The position numbers and the translations under genes were made by a program. Shown here one piece after another: positions 11,499-26,209 of a stretch of DNA of 64,000 nt. Source of the stretch: Epiperipatus broadwayi (Eukaryota; Animalia; Onychophora); contig JAQFVV010000008.1 of assembly GCA_028023455.1 (NCBI GenBank), forward strand, positions 5,146,001 through 5,210,000, written 5' to 3'. The number at the start of each line of letters is the position of its first letter. Positions within the stretch are counted from its first letter, which is position 1. The notes under the pieces were generated by a model. The model was not told the DNA's origin. It searched no databases and saw only the letters and a list, made by a program, of their open reading frames with translations.

Positions 11499-14400
11499 GG
11501 TTGGAAATGGTATGATATGTAAATATAAAAATCAATTCATAAAGAAAAGAAAAAGGAAATGTCTTTTTATAAGCTTTTTTCAATAGTTGTTTTTCAAGTA
11601 TAACATTTAGAAATGCGCTTGATTTATAAGAGGATCACATTGTGTAGCAATTCAGTAATTATGTTTATGTATTTTTCCAAATGAGCAGATTTCATAAAAT
11701 TTTACTTCTGAAAAATGCTGAAATTATTATGTATCCAATTATCATTTGTGCTTGATAACTTTGACTTTTTAATTACATTTTTAAAATATCCGTTCTGGTA
11801 ATATGACACAAAAAAGTTCAGATATTGAACAGCTTCTTTTTTCCCCTCCTATGAATATCTTTGACTCTATAAATAATGAAAATTTAAAACTTTAAAATTG
11901 ATAATAGATTTAAAATGTCGAATGAAAATATTAGTAAACCTAAATTCACCTTTAGGAAAATTTTACAGAAACACAACAGCATAATTTAAATGATTTTTAT
12001 ATATTTATTTATGTGTGAATGTGTGTATTTGATCACAGTGCATGTAGGTCTTTTTGTTTTAACATTTTGTCTGAACTTTTTAATTCAGTTTAGGTATTCT
12101 ATAATTCTCTATGTTATTGTCTCTGTCTTTGTAATAAAATTGATTCCTTCAGGCTAATATTGTTATTATTATTACTATACATTAAAAAGCACAATTCACA
12201 ATTTATGTTTGTTTGTTTTTCTAGGCAAGTCTTCATTAATAAAATTTTGTTCTCTTCAAATGTTAAGCTCTACTGTTTGCTTTTAAGTACTCTTTAAATT
12301 GTTTATTAACATACTCCCCTCCCCATCCAATTTTCATTCTGTTTTAATATTTTGTTCAATTTGATTTATTAAGTATTTTTTGAATATTTTGAATTTTTTT
12401 AAAAGTTTTGATTCTGTGCTTATAAAATAAACTTCTATCAGTTAAAATTGCTATAAATGCTGTTATATATCTAAGTTCATCTTATAAAAGTAAAATGATT
12501 AGACCAAAGATATTCTATGTCAATTAAATGGATGATTTCTTTACTTGTTTTACATTTTTGAAAACTTCTTTTTATAAATATTTTCTTTTCATTTTTCAAG
12601 ATATATATTTGCTTGTTCCAGCAAGAATAGCTTAAGCATCTATGGAAGAGTTTTTAATATTATACAATTTTTCCTTTCATTGCTTATTGTTTTATAGTAT
12701 TTTTTTTTACTTTCAAAGTCTTTTTTTTTTCAAATACTTTTTTTACAATTTTTTTTTTTTTTTTTTGCTATTGTTATTAGTTTTCCTTTTGATACTCTCA
12801 AAATTCAGACCTGCTTCTTATTATATAACTTTTCTGCCAAATATATATTTGTAAATGTAATTCTCTGACCTCCATTATTTTTTGATATGATGATTTTAGT
12901 TGTTTTCATTATTTTTTGTTTAGATATTTTTGCTGCTTTTTTTATTTCCATTCATATATGTAATCCTTGCACTGTTTCACATTTTTAAATTTAGTGTGAA
13001 TACAGTCATGTATTTAAAAGCATTTCAATATCTAAAATCAGACATTTTTATTAGCACAAACATTTTTTTTAATTGTACTGAAAGTTTTATTTTAGATTTA
13101 TATTAATGTTTGTGACATCTGCTATTGTTTTATTGGGGTTTTTTTTTCATTTTTTATTGACATTTTATATTTGTTTCCACTTAAATCAATACTCCAGGAT
13201 TTTGCCTATAATATTTGACAGTTTGATAATATGAACTTGTTTTTCCATAACAGGAACAGATGAAAAATTATATTAAAGATATTAGGCAGTATCTTTGTTT
13301 ATTTTTATCTTCTCTCCTTTTTTTGTTTTATTTTGTCATATAGATTTTTTTATTATTTCTACATGCAATGTTTGTTCTTCTACCTTTTTTCATTATTTTG
13401 CCATTATTATTTTTTTTATTCAGCATTTTTTTTCATTAGTTATATAGATAAATCTTTATTTTATTATCTTGAATGTATGTTAATGAGAATTCAGCTTCCT
13501 AGTCATTTGTCAACTTTTTTAAAAAAAATTATAATTGTATTGAACATTGCTTATATATTCAGTCATACTATTTTTTTCTATGTTTTATAACCTATGTATT
13601 TAAAAGGAATGAAGTAGTCTACATCTGTTAAAACATTCTGTTCATCTTTCATCAATATACAATTTTTAATATCATATGCAAATTTGTCATCTTCTATTAA
13701 ACACAAAGATACAAAGGCTTACTGTTTGTTTTCATTCTATTCACTGGCATTGACTTCTCATTAAAAACTGTATGAATTATTTTTCATTTGTTTTTGTGAA
13801 AATTAATGATCTTTAGGTGCCAAAATAACTATCTTCATTCATTTAGCTTTAGAAAATTTAGCAATTTTTTTTTAAAGTAATGACCATGTATTTACTTCTT
13901 TGCTTTGTCTATTATTAATATTTATAAATATGAGTGAATTTATTAAAGAATTTATATATATCTTTAGTATTTTCGTTTTTTACTTTCTTGGCTTCTAACT
14001 TAAAAATGTATTAAATAAATATTTAGAAATATGTATGTATTTAATTTGACTATTATAATGAAAGTTTATACTAATTTTTTAAAGTTAGTTTTAAAATGCC
14101 CCAATAATAATAACTTTTTCATTCATGTACATATATTTTATAAGTATTTAATTATTATTGTATTTATTTTAAAATTGTAACACATTATTTTTGATAATGC
14201 TCTTTAATTTTTATAGTTCAAAAACGATTTAACTATGGAATGTCACATGTTTGTTTTTCCATTTGTTAATTAACATAGAATGTCGTTTTTAAATCTTGCC
14301 AAAACTTTATCCAAGATTCTTTCTAAACTATTGCACAATAAAAATTGTGTATTTAAATACTTTTAGCAACATTAATTAAATTTCATTTAAACTATTAATA

Positions 14401-15589
14401 ATTTTAAATAATCATGTATTATTGAAAAATATTTTAGCTATTTACATAAATTTTAAAAAAAAAGTGTGACTATTTGGTGAAAATTGAAACGATAAACAAA
14501 TGCACTTTCACATTTGAAGTCAAAGAAGTTATATAGTGGATTAAATATTTTTTTATGTTTATATAAAATTTAACAAAATATTTACTCCACTGTTTAATAA
14601 AGTTTTTCTACTAAGTTTCTTTTGAATGTATGTCAATGATACATATGGAACAAAGAGAAAGGGAGAAAAATGTTATCTATTCACTTTTTTTTTCTTTTTG
14701 ATTTATTTTTTGAAAATATTCACAGTTTTCGTTTGCTGTAATAAATATTTCATTGCATTCTTTTATTTAAAAAAATATTTTACTTTAAAACTATTTAAAA
14801 AATCTAAAGATAGAATTTTTTTGAGATAACATGTAACAAAAGTTTAGACTTACAGCTTAGTTCTTAAATCCTATCATTTTTACCATGCTGGTTTTGAATT
14901 TATTCTTAACTATTAAAATGTTTTTTAACCTTTTATTATTTTGCTATACTTTTTTTTATATAGATAAAAAGAAAAAGAAAGTTTGTCACAATTTTTTTGT
15001 TATAATAAAAATATATACTATAAAACTTTTAAACTTAACACACATTAAAACACATAACTAAAAGCATTTGAAAAGGGGAAAATTTCCCTAAGATATATTT
15101 TTAGTTGAAGTAGTCATCTTTATCTGACCTGCTCAAATTTTTAAATTACTACAATTCAATTTGCTATTTATAAATAATAAATTATGATGGTGAAGACGTT
15201 AGAGATGTGATATTGGCCAATTGAAATGACAATCATTAAGCATTGCATCTTCAGACATCTGTTTTAAATTTGCATAGTATAGTTTTTTTAATATATCTAA
15301 AATATCGCATATGAATATTAATAAATAGAAAAAAATAGAGTAGAATTAAATTAATAACAGCATACTTGTATTTAATAGTAGTTATATTAATCTTTAAATG
15401 TTATATATAGAGCTCTCAAAATAAGCTCTTAACAAGCTTTGAGAATATTCCCAACACCAGACTGGTTGTGATATCTGACTTGATTTTTTTATAATTAATC
15501 TTTAATAATTTTTAAAGTTTATATATAGGTTAAAAATGATATAATAGTCTCTAACAATAAATAATTAATAATAATTGCTAATATATATT

Positions 15590-15800
15590 AATGTATATGT
15601 TAAACAAAGAATCAATCTTAAAACTAATATTAATAGATGAGTGTACTTTTGGTACTGTATATACCAGTCTCATGTCTAATGACTATAAACTCAATGATTA
15701 AAATTCCAGAGCATGTTCAGTGGAACACAAGGTCATCTTTGATTAATAATGTTTTCACTATTAGTAATAAACCATATCTCCTTCATCTTCCTTTTCTTAT
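15590..15800 (-). mobile_element. Penelope-like 3' end fragment (same family as 4470-5990), left arm of pair 2
   Basis: Aligns to 4520-4710. Confidence 0.8.
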
Positions 15801-16034
15801 CATTCATTTCACTATTACCATATAACATTTTTAAGAATAAATAATATTACATTCAAATATCAGCCTTTCAAGCTAATTGAGCACATGCCTTTTGAGAGTG
15901 TTAAATAAATGAATACTTTCCTCTTCAATCCAAGATATAGTATTTATGCAGGAATAAAAAGGATCTCTTATTCCTACGACTCAAATTCTTTTATATGAGC
16001 AAATCTGAAGTACTGTTGAGAAGAGAGTGAAAGA

Positions 16035-16290
16035 TGATAGAGGCATGGTTTATTGCTATGTGTAAAAACATTATATCAGAAATATACTAGTGTTGCACTA
16101 AAAATGCTTTGGAATTTAAATCATTGAGTTTAGATAGTTTGTTAGCCATGAATCTAGTATACAGTAGCAAAAGTGTGCATGATTATTAATATTCGTTTTA
16201 AGATTGGTTCTCTGTTTAACACATATATATGTGTGTGTGCGTGTATGTGTGTTTACTATTTACAATTTAAAGACAGCTTATATTTATTTA
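16035..16290 (+). mobile_element. Penelope-like 3' end fragment, right arm of pair 2
   Basis: Aligns to 7620-7750 and to the reverse complement of 4470-4710. Confidence 0.8.
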
Positions 16291-17059
16291 TTTTATTATA
16301 TAGAGATAGACTTACTGTGAAATGAGAGCATTTAAGAGATATGGCATTTGTAAAGGGAATTATAATCAAATAATATTTTATATTAAATTGTCAAGATGTC
16401 ATTTTTATTTATAAATAATAGAAAAATATTGTTTTCAACAATAATATATTTGAAAAGTAGTTTTGATAATTTACAATAGGTAGTATCTAGTAATAAAGTT
16501 TATATCTGAGTATTGCATCATATTTTTGGATGTTGATATTTATTTAAATATATTTTTCTTTGTAATACATTTTTTGCATAACTTATGATTTACTGTTTAA
16601 TATAAATATAACTTTATCTTATTTAATATTTTTTTAAAATTCTGATGCATATAAAAAGATAAAACAGCAACTGTATATAATATAAAAAAATTGTCTTGAT
16701 TTAAAAAGTTATGTCAAAAGTAATATATTGTTTGAGTAAATGGTTAATTTCTCTTTTTTTGAATGATGAAAACTCTTGTAATTTATGCGTACTTTAAAAG
16801 AAAAAATTTGATTTAAAATATATAAAATACATTTAAAATCTATTCACATCTATCTTAAGCAAAACATAATGCTAATCCATTACAACCAATACACTTTAAT
16901 ATTGTGTTACGTGGATGTATCGACATATATTTGTAGTGATATACTCATAGTAAAATATTGAAATATAATTCATTATCTATTTCTTTACTTTAAACAATAA
17001 TTGCAATAACAGTTCAAATTTTTTATTACTTTTAATATTAACTTATGGTTATTATTGTA

Positions 17060-17720
17060 TATACGAAAATAAGAAAGTAATACTAAAAATAAATGCTAAA
17101 AAGATTAAAGTGATGTTCAATGGGTTTTCTCAGCAAAAAATAAAGACTGATAATCATAAATTAGAAGAAGTTAAAACTATAAATATCTTGGTCAAATTAT
17201 TACTACAGATGAAAACATAATGGGTTAAATTAATTATAGAATTAATCTTGTATGGCATACTTTTGCCAGAAATAATTTAATATTAAAAGGAAATATGAGT
17301 CTGTGTTTGAAAACGAAGACTTTAATAGTGTTTTTTCCAGTACTTATTTATGATCTGAAACTTGGACATTTAATACAAGAGGTAATATGGAGACTTTAGA
17401 CAAGTCAATGAAAAATGAAGACATTGTGATGAGTAACAGGAATAGATCGAAAATGGAATATTTTGGTGAGAAGATAAACAAGTGTCAATCATTGAAAGAG
17501 TTTAAAAATTGAAATGGAGTTGGACTGGACATATTCTAGGAGATATAATAATAAATGAAAATCTGAAATCTCAAACTGGATTGCAAGTGATTGTAAAAGA
17601 TGTAGAAAGAGAGACCATATGAAAAGAAAATTTGTTGGTGTGATGTGGAGAAGAGACACTATGGATTGGAAAAACCGGATTAAACTTGGAGAGACTTTTC
17701 ATTCTAAAATAGTTTGTAAT
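17060..17720 (+). mobile_element. Decayed RTE-clade LINE, 3' part of RT
   Basis: Broken frames giving KINAKKIKVMFN, INLVWHTFARNNLILKGNMSLCLKTK and a WIASDCKRCRKR-like C-terminus. Confidence 0.75.
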
Positions 17721-19149
17721 TTGCTGAAAATGATATATATTTATATTAAACTTAGATTATTCTATTCTACTCACACATTATCTTATTAATAATTATGAAA
17801 AAATATATTTTAAAATAGATTTATTGGACATCATTATATGAAGTAATGTTTGTCTGATGGCTTGGTATGATGACATTTTACTTGTAATTATATGTTGAAT
17901 TATTTCCATCAACAGGCCAAATTGTTAAATATTTTTTTACAAAAATTCAAACTTTATTTATATTTTCATGAATACTTTCAGCAGCTTGTAATGAGATATA
18001 AGTTAATTTAAATAATAAAAGTTTTTCAGAAGTAGTATTATCTTCTTTTCTTCATGGGTTGTTGATTTAACTAAACCCTGCCTATCACTTGAATTTGACT
18101 TATGACCTTTCAGTGCATAAATTCTGGATTTAAGGTGAGTTTCTAACTGATTATTCTATCATGGGAAGCAATAAAAAATTCATATACTTAATATAAGAGA
18201 ATTTTTGGTTTCCCTATTTTTTTTTAAGTAAGGTTAATGAGTAGTTTCCAAACATTATGGATTATCATACTAATTTAAATTATAGAATCATTTTCTAGTG
18301 TCATGTCAACAACTTCTTTAAATTTTCTTTTTGTTGCTTTCTGCCCAATATACTTGGATTTTCCCTACATCCATTGATACATGCATAATTTACTACTATA
18401 AATTCATCTGTTTTTTTCCTCTCTAATCATTATTTTGTATTTTCTTAACTATTTTTCTATGAGATTAGTAATTATGAATATCACTGAAACTAACTAGTGG
18501 TTATTAAAAAACAAATTAAAAGAAACCAAAACAATTATTAGAGAGAAAAAGCCAGATGTTTCTAATAAACATATATTCAATTTGGAAAATACAAGATATT
18601 AGGCAGAGAAAAGACAAAAAAAGTGATTAAAAGTTTATTTATGCCTGGAATATCCCAATTAATGCATTACATGAATTTCTTATCTTATTATTAATACTTG
18701 CACAAGATACAGTAATTTGACTTACTTACTTTACTTCAATAAGCTTGATAAAAATATATAAAAGAGAAATTTATGAGGCACATTGTTTACAATAAATCAT
18801 TTTTAACAAAGAGGTATCTACAATTAACATAAAAACTTAGGTCACCAAAAAATATATATACTTGCTTAGTTCTAATCTTGCAAAACATTACAAAAATTTG
18901 TTTTTTGTTATAAACTCATGTTTTAAATCTTAATTTTTATTAGTCTGAATAGTATAAAAGGTTTAAAATGCAAGATAATCCTGCCAATAGCAAAGAAAAT
19001 CAATTGAGAATCTGGATGTGATGCAATAATATCAAAACATTTCCTATTGTTTGACTGAGGTATATAAGTGACATATTTGTCATTTGGCAACATAGTAAAG
19101 ATAAAGTGAAATATTTTTATCATATTTAAATAATATCCATCTAAATATT

Positions 19150-20090
19150 ATCTTTATTATAGGAATAGAATCTGATGGGAAACTTCCTTTCTTGATGTTC
19201 TTGTTTCTGTAGCCAAAACACTATTTACCAGAACAACTAACTTATCAAATAGATTGTATCAAGAAGAAAAAATACATCATATAAATAATGTATTATTAGG
19301 TAATGGTTATAATAAAAGGATTATAAATTGAGCCTTATTTCAAGCTAAAAATACCAAAAACAAAAAGAAAAAAACAATTATTAGGATTTGTAGTCCTTAT
19401 ATAAAAGGAACAACTGACTGTATTAGACATATTCTAAAATGCTACAAACATAAAGATAGCATATACTCCTTATCAAAAAAATAGTAATCTTTTAACCAAG
19501 CTTGAAGATTCAATCCCTCTTGAGGCTCAAAGAGTTTATGAGACTTTATGTAGTGTTTGTAAGTTTTCTTATATGGGTATAAGCAATCATCACATCAGTA
19601 GTAGAAGGGATGAACATGATAATGTAGTGAAGCAACATCATCATCAGCAATTCTATGGATTAAAGTTACAATGTTGATTTTTCTGACAACAGAATCCTAT
19701 CAGATGTGAAAAATTATGCCAATGTAAGATTAGAGAAGCTATTGAGATACTAAAAATGCCAAATTGTATCAACAAATGTGATGACACATGTAAACTTCTT
19801 CATACTTGAAAAAAAGAAAAACAAATTACACTGAAGATTCTGAATTTGTTATTTGTTGTCTATTTTTTTAATTTATTTGTCATTTTGTTCAATTTTATAT
19901 ACCTGTTTTTTCTAGTTGTGAAACCTTAACAATTTTACAGTCTCTACAACTATTTTCATAGACACTGTTTACAGTACCTCTACAATTATATAGTATTCAT
20001 TTTCCAATTGAGGCTTGTGTGATCAAATTGAAACATTAAAATATCTAATTAAAATCTTACCTGGATGAACCTGCAAAATATATATATATA
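19150..20090 (+). mobile_element. Decayed Penelope-like element (RT C-terminus + GIY-YIG + 3' tail into (TA)n)
   Basis: IESDGKLPFL, SPYIKGTTDCIRHILK, VYETLCSVCKFSYMGISNHHISSRRDEH motifs. Confidence 0.8.
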
Positions 20091-20739
20091 TAAGAATGGA
20101 TATAATAACATTAACATGAATATCTTTTATTTAAAAACTTCTATTATTCAAATAAAATTTCAAAGGTGTTCTTTAACTTTTTACAATATAATTAAGAGGA
20201 CCAAACTATTTTCTCCCAGTTTATGATTCTATATGTTTAGCAAGGATTAACATTAAAATGGATCCCTTGTATTTTTAATCCTTGCTAATTATACTCATTA
20301 TTATTTATTTATAGATAATGTTCAGTAAATATCTACCAATTCCTAATTTTTTCCAATCTTAATCTAATAATTCTAATTTATAGCAAAATTCTAATTATCC
20401 TTTTAAAAAAATTACATAGAATTGTTAAGCAAAAAACTGATTTCAACTTTAGGTAAAAAAATTAAAAAAAAACAAAGAGAATTAATCTTTAAGATATTGA
20501 TTTGATTTATTACTTGAATTATGATTATAAAAAATTGAACTCATACAAAAAATATATATTGTATCATAAAGTTTTAAATTATTATTAATAAAAGTAATTT
20601 TTACAAAATATAGAATTTATTTATATATAAGAACTACTGATACTAAAATTTATGCTTCATTTCATTTTTATAGAATTTCGATTTGTAATGAGAAAGTAAA
20701 AAAAATCTATTTTAAAATTCAAAAAATGCACAAAACTGG

Positions 20740-22180
20740 AAAAACTAGGGATTTTGGCTTAATGGTGCTCAGCTTATTAGGGCATATAGTCCAATATTAG
20801 ATTTCAGAAAAAGTTTCTATTCCTTGTGATAATTTAGTTGCAAATTACTATTAAAAGACCAAAATTTTCTTCTTAGGGACTTTAATACATACATTACTAC
20901 AAATGATAGAGTTTATTCAGAAGTTCGTCGAAGTACAGAACAGCCAGTTGTCATTGAATTTTTTTGCAACACATGGATTCGCTACAAAAAGCCATAGATA
21001 TGAATACATTCAAAATAATGACATTTAATAAAATATATTATAGTTAAGAGTCAGAAGGCAAAAAAACTTTGCATTAAATAACCATCTACAAGTAGAAATT
21101 ATTGAACAGATCATAAATTAATACACTCCAAATGCATATTGTTGGACATATTATAGATTAGTATGCTAAAAGATTAAAATGATTGCCACATTAAAAATGA
21201 TATCTTATTCCAATTATATTCACAAGAAAATGTATGCTTATTCTTGATTATATACACTAAATTCCAATAGATATTTACCCAAATTGTAAATTTGAATCTC
21301 CAAGATTGTATATCACTGAAGTATGGAATTTAAGAAAATTTAAGGATACAAGTAAATATAATCTTAAGTTTACTTAAAAGGAAACATGACTGTTTTTCTG
21401 ACTATGATATTATTATTAATGATTTGATTAAAAGGAAATGTATGACTTTCCTTTGCTTAGTAGAATAATAAATTAAATGTGGAACTTCATAATAAATGCA
21501 GAATTTAGAGGCAGAAGTTAATTAACTGATAAGATTTGAAAATGATTGGTGGATGAAAACTGCAAAGGAGATACAGATTCACTAATCATGACCATTCTAG
21601 ATTATTTTTTAATGCATTGAAAATAATTTATAGTTTTAAAATAGTATCATAATCCCACTGAATCTAGCATTAAATATTTTATTACATGGTGACAATAATG
21701 CTTTGAAATAGATGGAAGTATTTAATCTTTTGAATAATGATATAAAAATCGATTTAATAATATATCCATTTTATCTACTCATTTACATTTGGACAAAGAT
21801 ATACAGCTTATTAATGTTAAAACATCTCTTTATAATTTTAAAAAAAAAAGTGGTTTGTTAATCCTGATGAAATATTTTGGCAAAGTTTTGCAAAATGGTG
21901 ATGATATTTTAACATCAAAAATATTTGAATATTTTAAAACTATACATGATCTTAATGATGCTTTATTGTTCCAATTTTTAAAAATAAAATGAAAAAGTAA
22001 GATTGCAGTAATTATCATGGAATATCATTATTATCCATCACAGCAAAGGTATTTTCAAGTATTCCATTGAATAAATTACTTCCAGTTATATCAGAAGCAG
22101 TGGAGTGTTAGAAAATCAAGAAATACTATAGATATAATTTTTGTCACCAAAATACAAAAAAACTATCAGAAACTAATGAA

Positions 22181-22233
<53 letters not shown>

Positions 22234-23010
22234 AACCTTTCCCCCGACAAGGGCACAATATATATATATATAATGATTTATTCAAGGTACTTAATTGAAC
22301 AAATATGTAGCATTAATTGAAATTGATTGTCCATAAAAGTTTATTTCTACTATACAATATCTTTATGATGAGATAAAGGAAAATGTTATTACTATAGGTA
22401 AAAAAAATCTGAGCTATTTGAAATTAAAATTGGCCTTAAACAAGAATGTGTACTGACTAGAATATTGTTTTAGATGATTATGACAGTTGTCACCAGAACT
22501 GTTTGTAGATGACTTAATGGATTGGGTATTAGAATACAACACAATTTGTTGATGGAATTTTTTAATATGAATTAATTAAAAGACAAACATAAATTTCATC
22601 TTTTTGGATTTTGAATTTACAATACCTCATGATTGTACTATCATTTCTATTTAAATGATAATTTACAGAAAGTATTTAATGTATGAAAATACAATATTCA
22701 AAAGCTTTAGTTTAGTAATTAATGTTCAAAAATCTCCAATCGTTTATCAACCATTGAGAAAGAAAAATCTTTAACAATTTTTATCTTTGATGGTTATCAA
22801 TTTAAGGTATAAGCCAATTGAAAATCTTGGTAGCTTTTTAAATAAAAGAAAACTTGGATGTTAAAGTACAACACAGTTCTAATATGCTGCCATATTTATT
22901 ATGTGAAAATGAGTTTGAATATAGGCATTGGAAAAATTGCATTCAAAGATGCTCTATAAAATTCTAAAATCAAAATTGGAAAAGAATAAACATCCGTATG
23001 CTGCTCTTCC
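20740..23010 (+). mobile_element. Decayed RTE-clade LINE ORF2 (APE + RT), interrupted by (TA)n
   Basis: QLIRAYSP, LRDFNTY, TDHKLI (APE); DCSNYHGISLLSITAKVFSSIPLNKL, SELFEIKIGLKQECVL, LPYLLCE (RT) across many stops and frameshifts. Confidence 0.85.
22183..22272. repeat. (TA)n microsatellite containing a 27-bp TG...CA insert (22231-22257)
   Basis: Direct reading. Confidence 0.9.
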
Positions 23011-23298
23011 ACCAAATAATAATCACAAAATAATAATAAATTCTTTACAACAGTTATATAATTGATAATCATTTTATACATTAAAAGCCTTTTAGCATCT
23101 GCTTTGATGGCCTTTTCAAATGTTACCAATCTATTTAATGTTGATGAATTATTTCAGATATAAAACCATCCAGTATCCAATAATGGAATTAAAACAAACA
23201 ATAACAATATAAATAATTAAAACAAATCAAACCCTCATATATAAATTTAATAATTACAAAATAATTGACTATCTCATAATAATCCATTAAATAAATAT

Positions 23299-23315
23299 TA
23301 CATTCATTTTTATAC

Positions 23316-23361
<46 letters not shown>

Positions 23362-23378
23362 GTATAAAAATGAATGTA
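23299..23378. repeat. Palindrome with 20-bp arms around a (TA)n core
   Basis: TACATTCATTTTTATACAAT (23299-23318) / ATTGTATAAAAATGAATGTA (23359-23378). Confidence 0.9.
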
Positions 23379-24696
23379 TATATATATCATCTTATATAAT
23401 AAATGTTAACCAAATTTATAGAAGTCTTGTAAATATTCATACAATTATTCAAATTATTTTTAATATAGTATGTTTATATTGTAACAGTAGCTGGGTTCGA
23501 ATATGGATAAGGCAATAATGATTACAAAAAAGTGTTTATTGCGATTGTTATTTTGAATTAAATTAATAGATGTGAGAAAATTTATAGATATTCATTCAAA
23601 CCCTGTTACAAAAGAGTGCGAGTGAAATACATTAACCATTTAAAGGCATGAATGTATACATATATATTTCTTACACGTGTTGTGATGTTGCATAGAATTA
23701 ATTACTAACAGATAGATTTGTATGTGAAAATGAAGAGAAGCAGTTATGTGCAGAGTTGTATTTTTATATTTTTTTTCATTTTATGTATTTTTGTTGTTTA
23801 TTATCATAAGTTATAGTTATTTAAATAATGTCATTAGTAGCATGTTTCTTAATGAAAGCAAATTAAAATATATAAGGCTGGAGAGTAATAAAAGGGATTG
23901 CAAGTTGTGCCATGAGCAATTATAGAGAAAGAAGTGCAGAAAGTAAATTTTAAAAAAGTGATTAGATTAATTAATAAAAATTAATAAGAATGAACTCCAT
24001 CCAAATGCTGGGGTAAAAGAATCATGTGGATTCATTAAACCAGCTCAGTTTACAGCTATTTTGTGACCTGCCTGACCTTTATCTATGGAGATTTTAGCCA
24101 TCTATTTCAAGCAAGTGAAATGATCACCAAACTCCAAACAGTAAGATCTTTTGTGCAATCAATTTTAGAATCATCTACCTAACCTCTAGGATGGATTATA
24201 AAAATTTTATGGAATCTTTCATCATCTTCCAGACCAACAATTCTCACTAGGACAATCACCATTGTAATACTGTAAGCTTACAGATCATCAGCCTTAAACA
24301 TGTGAATGTTCACTCTCAAATAAGGTAACTTTGACTTTCTCTATATATATTAAATGAACATATAATAATAAATTAAGAAAGATGCACTTTGTCCCAACTT
24401 AAAGAAAGTAATTATAGAAATAGATTAAATCATTTAATAAATACACTCTTTCTTGAATGTGTATATTGATATTATATATATGTATCAGAATGAATAAATC
24501 ATATGTTTGAGATATTAATATATACATGTATTAATAAATCGTAGATATTCATGACCATATGTTTCTAAAAGAAATAAAATAATAAGATTCGTGGGGAGAT
24601 AGGAAAATTATAAAAGTATATAAATGATGTTTCTTTGTAAGATAACCTTCCCTTCATTCTCCCAATAGACATTGTCTCTCAGACCTTGAGATTGAA

Positions 24697-25200
24697 CTAG
24701 TCTGGATAAGGCACCCAAAAAGGGTCCACTGGACCTTTTTTTTGTTTTTGATGGGTATAATTCTTATTAATTGATGAGATTGGTACTTGAGATTGGACAT
24801 GTTCAGTGCTCATAAATATCATGGGTAGACTGTTAAAATATATTTGTCTTCTTTTTGGATCTTTAATGTAATTTAAATATATACTATTTTTTGTGGCATC
24901 TATTCTATGCCCATATTTCAAGTAATGAATGTATAATGCAGATTTATCATCTCTTCTTATAATTGCATTATTATGTTCTTTGGCTCTTACCTCTAATTGT
25001 TTTCCAGTATGCCCAAAATAAATCATTTTACAAATTTCACATGTAATTTTATATACAATTTCTTTTTTGTACTGTATGTCATCTCTTAACCTATAATTAC
25101 CTATTAATTTATCAAGATTTTTACTATTTGATTATATAGCTGTTATAAAGAATTTATGATTATTTTCTGACTATTAAACTCTAAAAATACAATATTAATC
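24697..25200 (-). mobile_element. Penelope-like GIY-YIG endonuclease remnant
   Basis: ORF IYFGHTGKQLEVRAKEHNNAIIRRDDKSALYIHYLKYGH is a typical PLE GIY-YIG second motif. Confidence 0.85.
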
Positions 25201-25299
25201 ATCATAAAAGACATCAAAGTGTTCTTAAATTTGATGGAGGTATACTATAAGATATACCATTATAAAATCACACCTTCATTGGATTGAATATGTGAAATA

Positions 25300-26209
25300 A
25301 ATGGACTGTATAAAATTTTAAAAAAAGATTTATAATGAACTTGAGTTTGTATTTTAGAAGAGAGGCAGATCTTTAAATTACAAGGATTATTTCAAAGATT
25401 TACTAAAGAAGTGCTGTACTACTTGCTTTCATGGGATGATATGGCTATGAATAATCTTGAAGTCTTTCGGAAAGAAAAGTTTGTTGCAGAAATTAAAAAC
25501 AATAAAATGATGGAACAGCATACTCTATATGAGAAATTATTTGTATAATCATTGCAGAATTCATCTCTTAATGCTTGGTGGGGATGGGTGGATTTTTCTG
25601 TTAAAATTAGAATAGATATATTCATTTGTGAATGTTTGTTGATGATGATGATTAATTTAAAAAACTCAGAAGATAAAGGATTTACATTGCAATTATTAAA
25701 CAATATTTTTAAAATGCCACTTCATCAATAAAGTTTCATAAAATTAGTGAAAAAATTTCAAAGTAGTAAGAGATTTGCAACAAAGGTATATTCAATTTTT
25801 CAAAAGTTATTTCTTAAGCAAAAGATTTTGCTGCTCTTCTGTTGTAATCTCGATGAGAGATATAGGGAAGTTACTTGTTTTAGTTCTCTTTTGAGTAGAT
25901 GTGAGAAAGAGAAATAAAATATATTCATGGGGATCTAAAATTAAAAGTTTATGTATCTGAAAAGAGCATAAGCCATATCACACCAATAAAGCATAACAAA
26001 TTAATGGTCAAAGCCTAATTGAGACTTCTCAAATGCAAATTTTTTATTTATGTTTTTGATTATTATTCAGATTTTTAGATTGCAAATTATTTGTACTTAG
26101 ATCTCTACAAAAAAGATCAGTCAATTGTTTATAAATTGTTAGTGAAAATGTTATAGAGCAGAGACCTTACAATTCTAATAGCACCCGGACCTCATGTTTG
26201 AGAAAACTG
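25300..26209 (-). mobile_element. Possible decayed hAT (Charlie/Buster-like) remnant with terminal GTTTGAGAAAACTG
   Basis: Terminus resembles Charlie-type ends and is followed by CTCTAGTG (NTCTAGAN-like target); weak dimerisation-domain-like peptide in ORF 25419-25703. Confidence 0.35.

Noticed and set aside
12000-13900. Possible decayed L1/Tx1-like ORF2 on the minus strand
   Set aside because: Only faint motif echoes (IIRSRS, GWGGEY) in very A-rich sequence; not supportable without a profile search.
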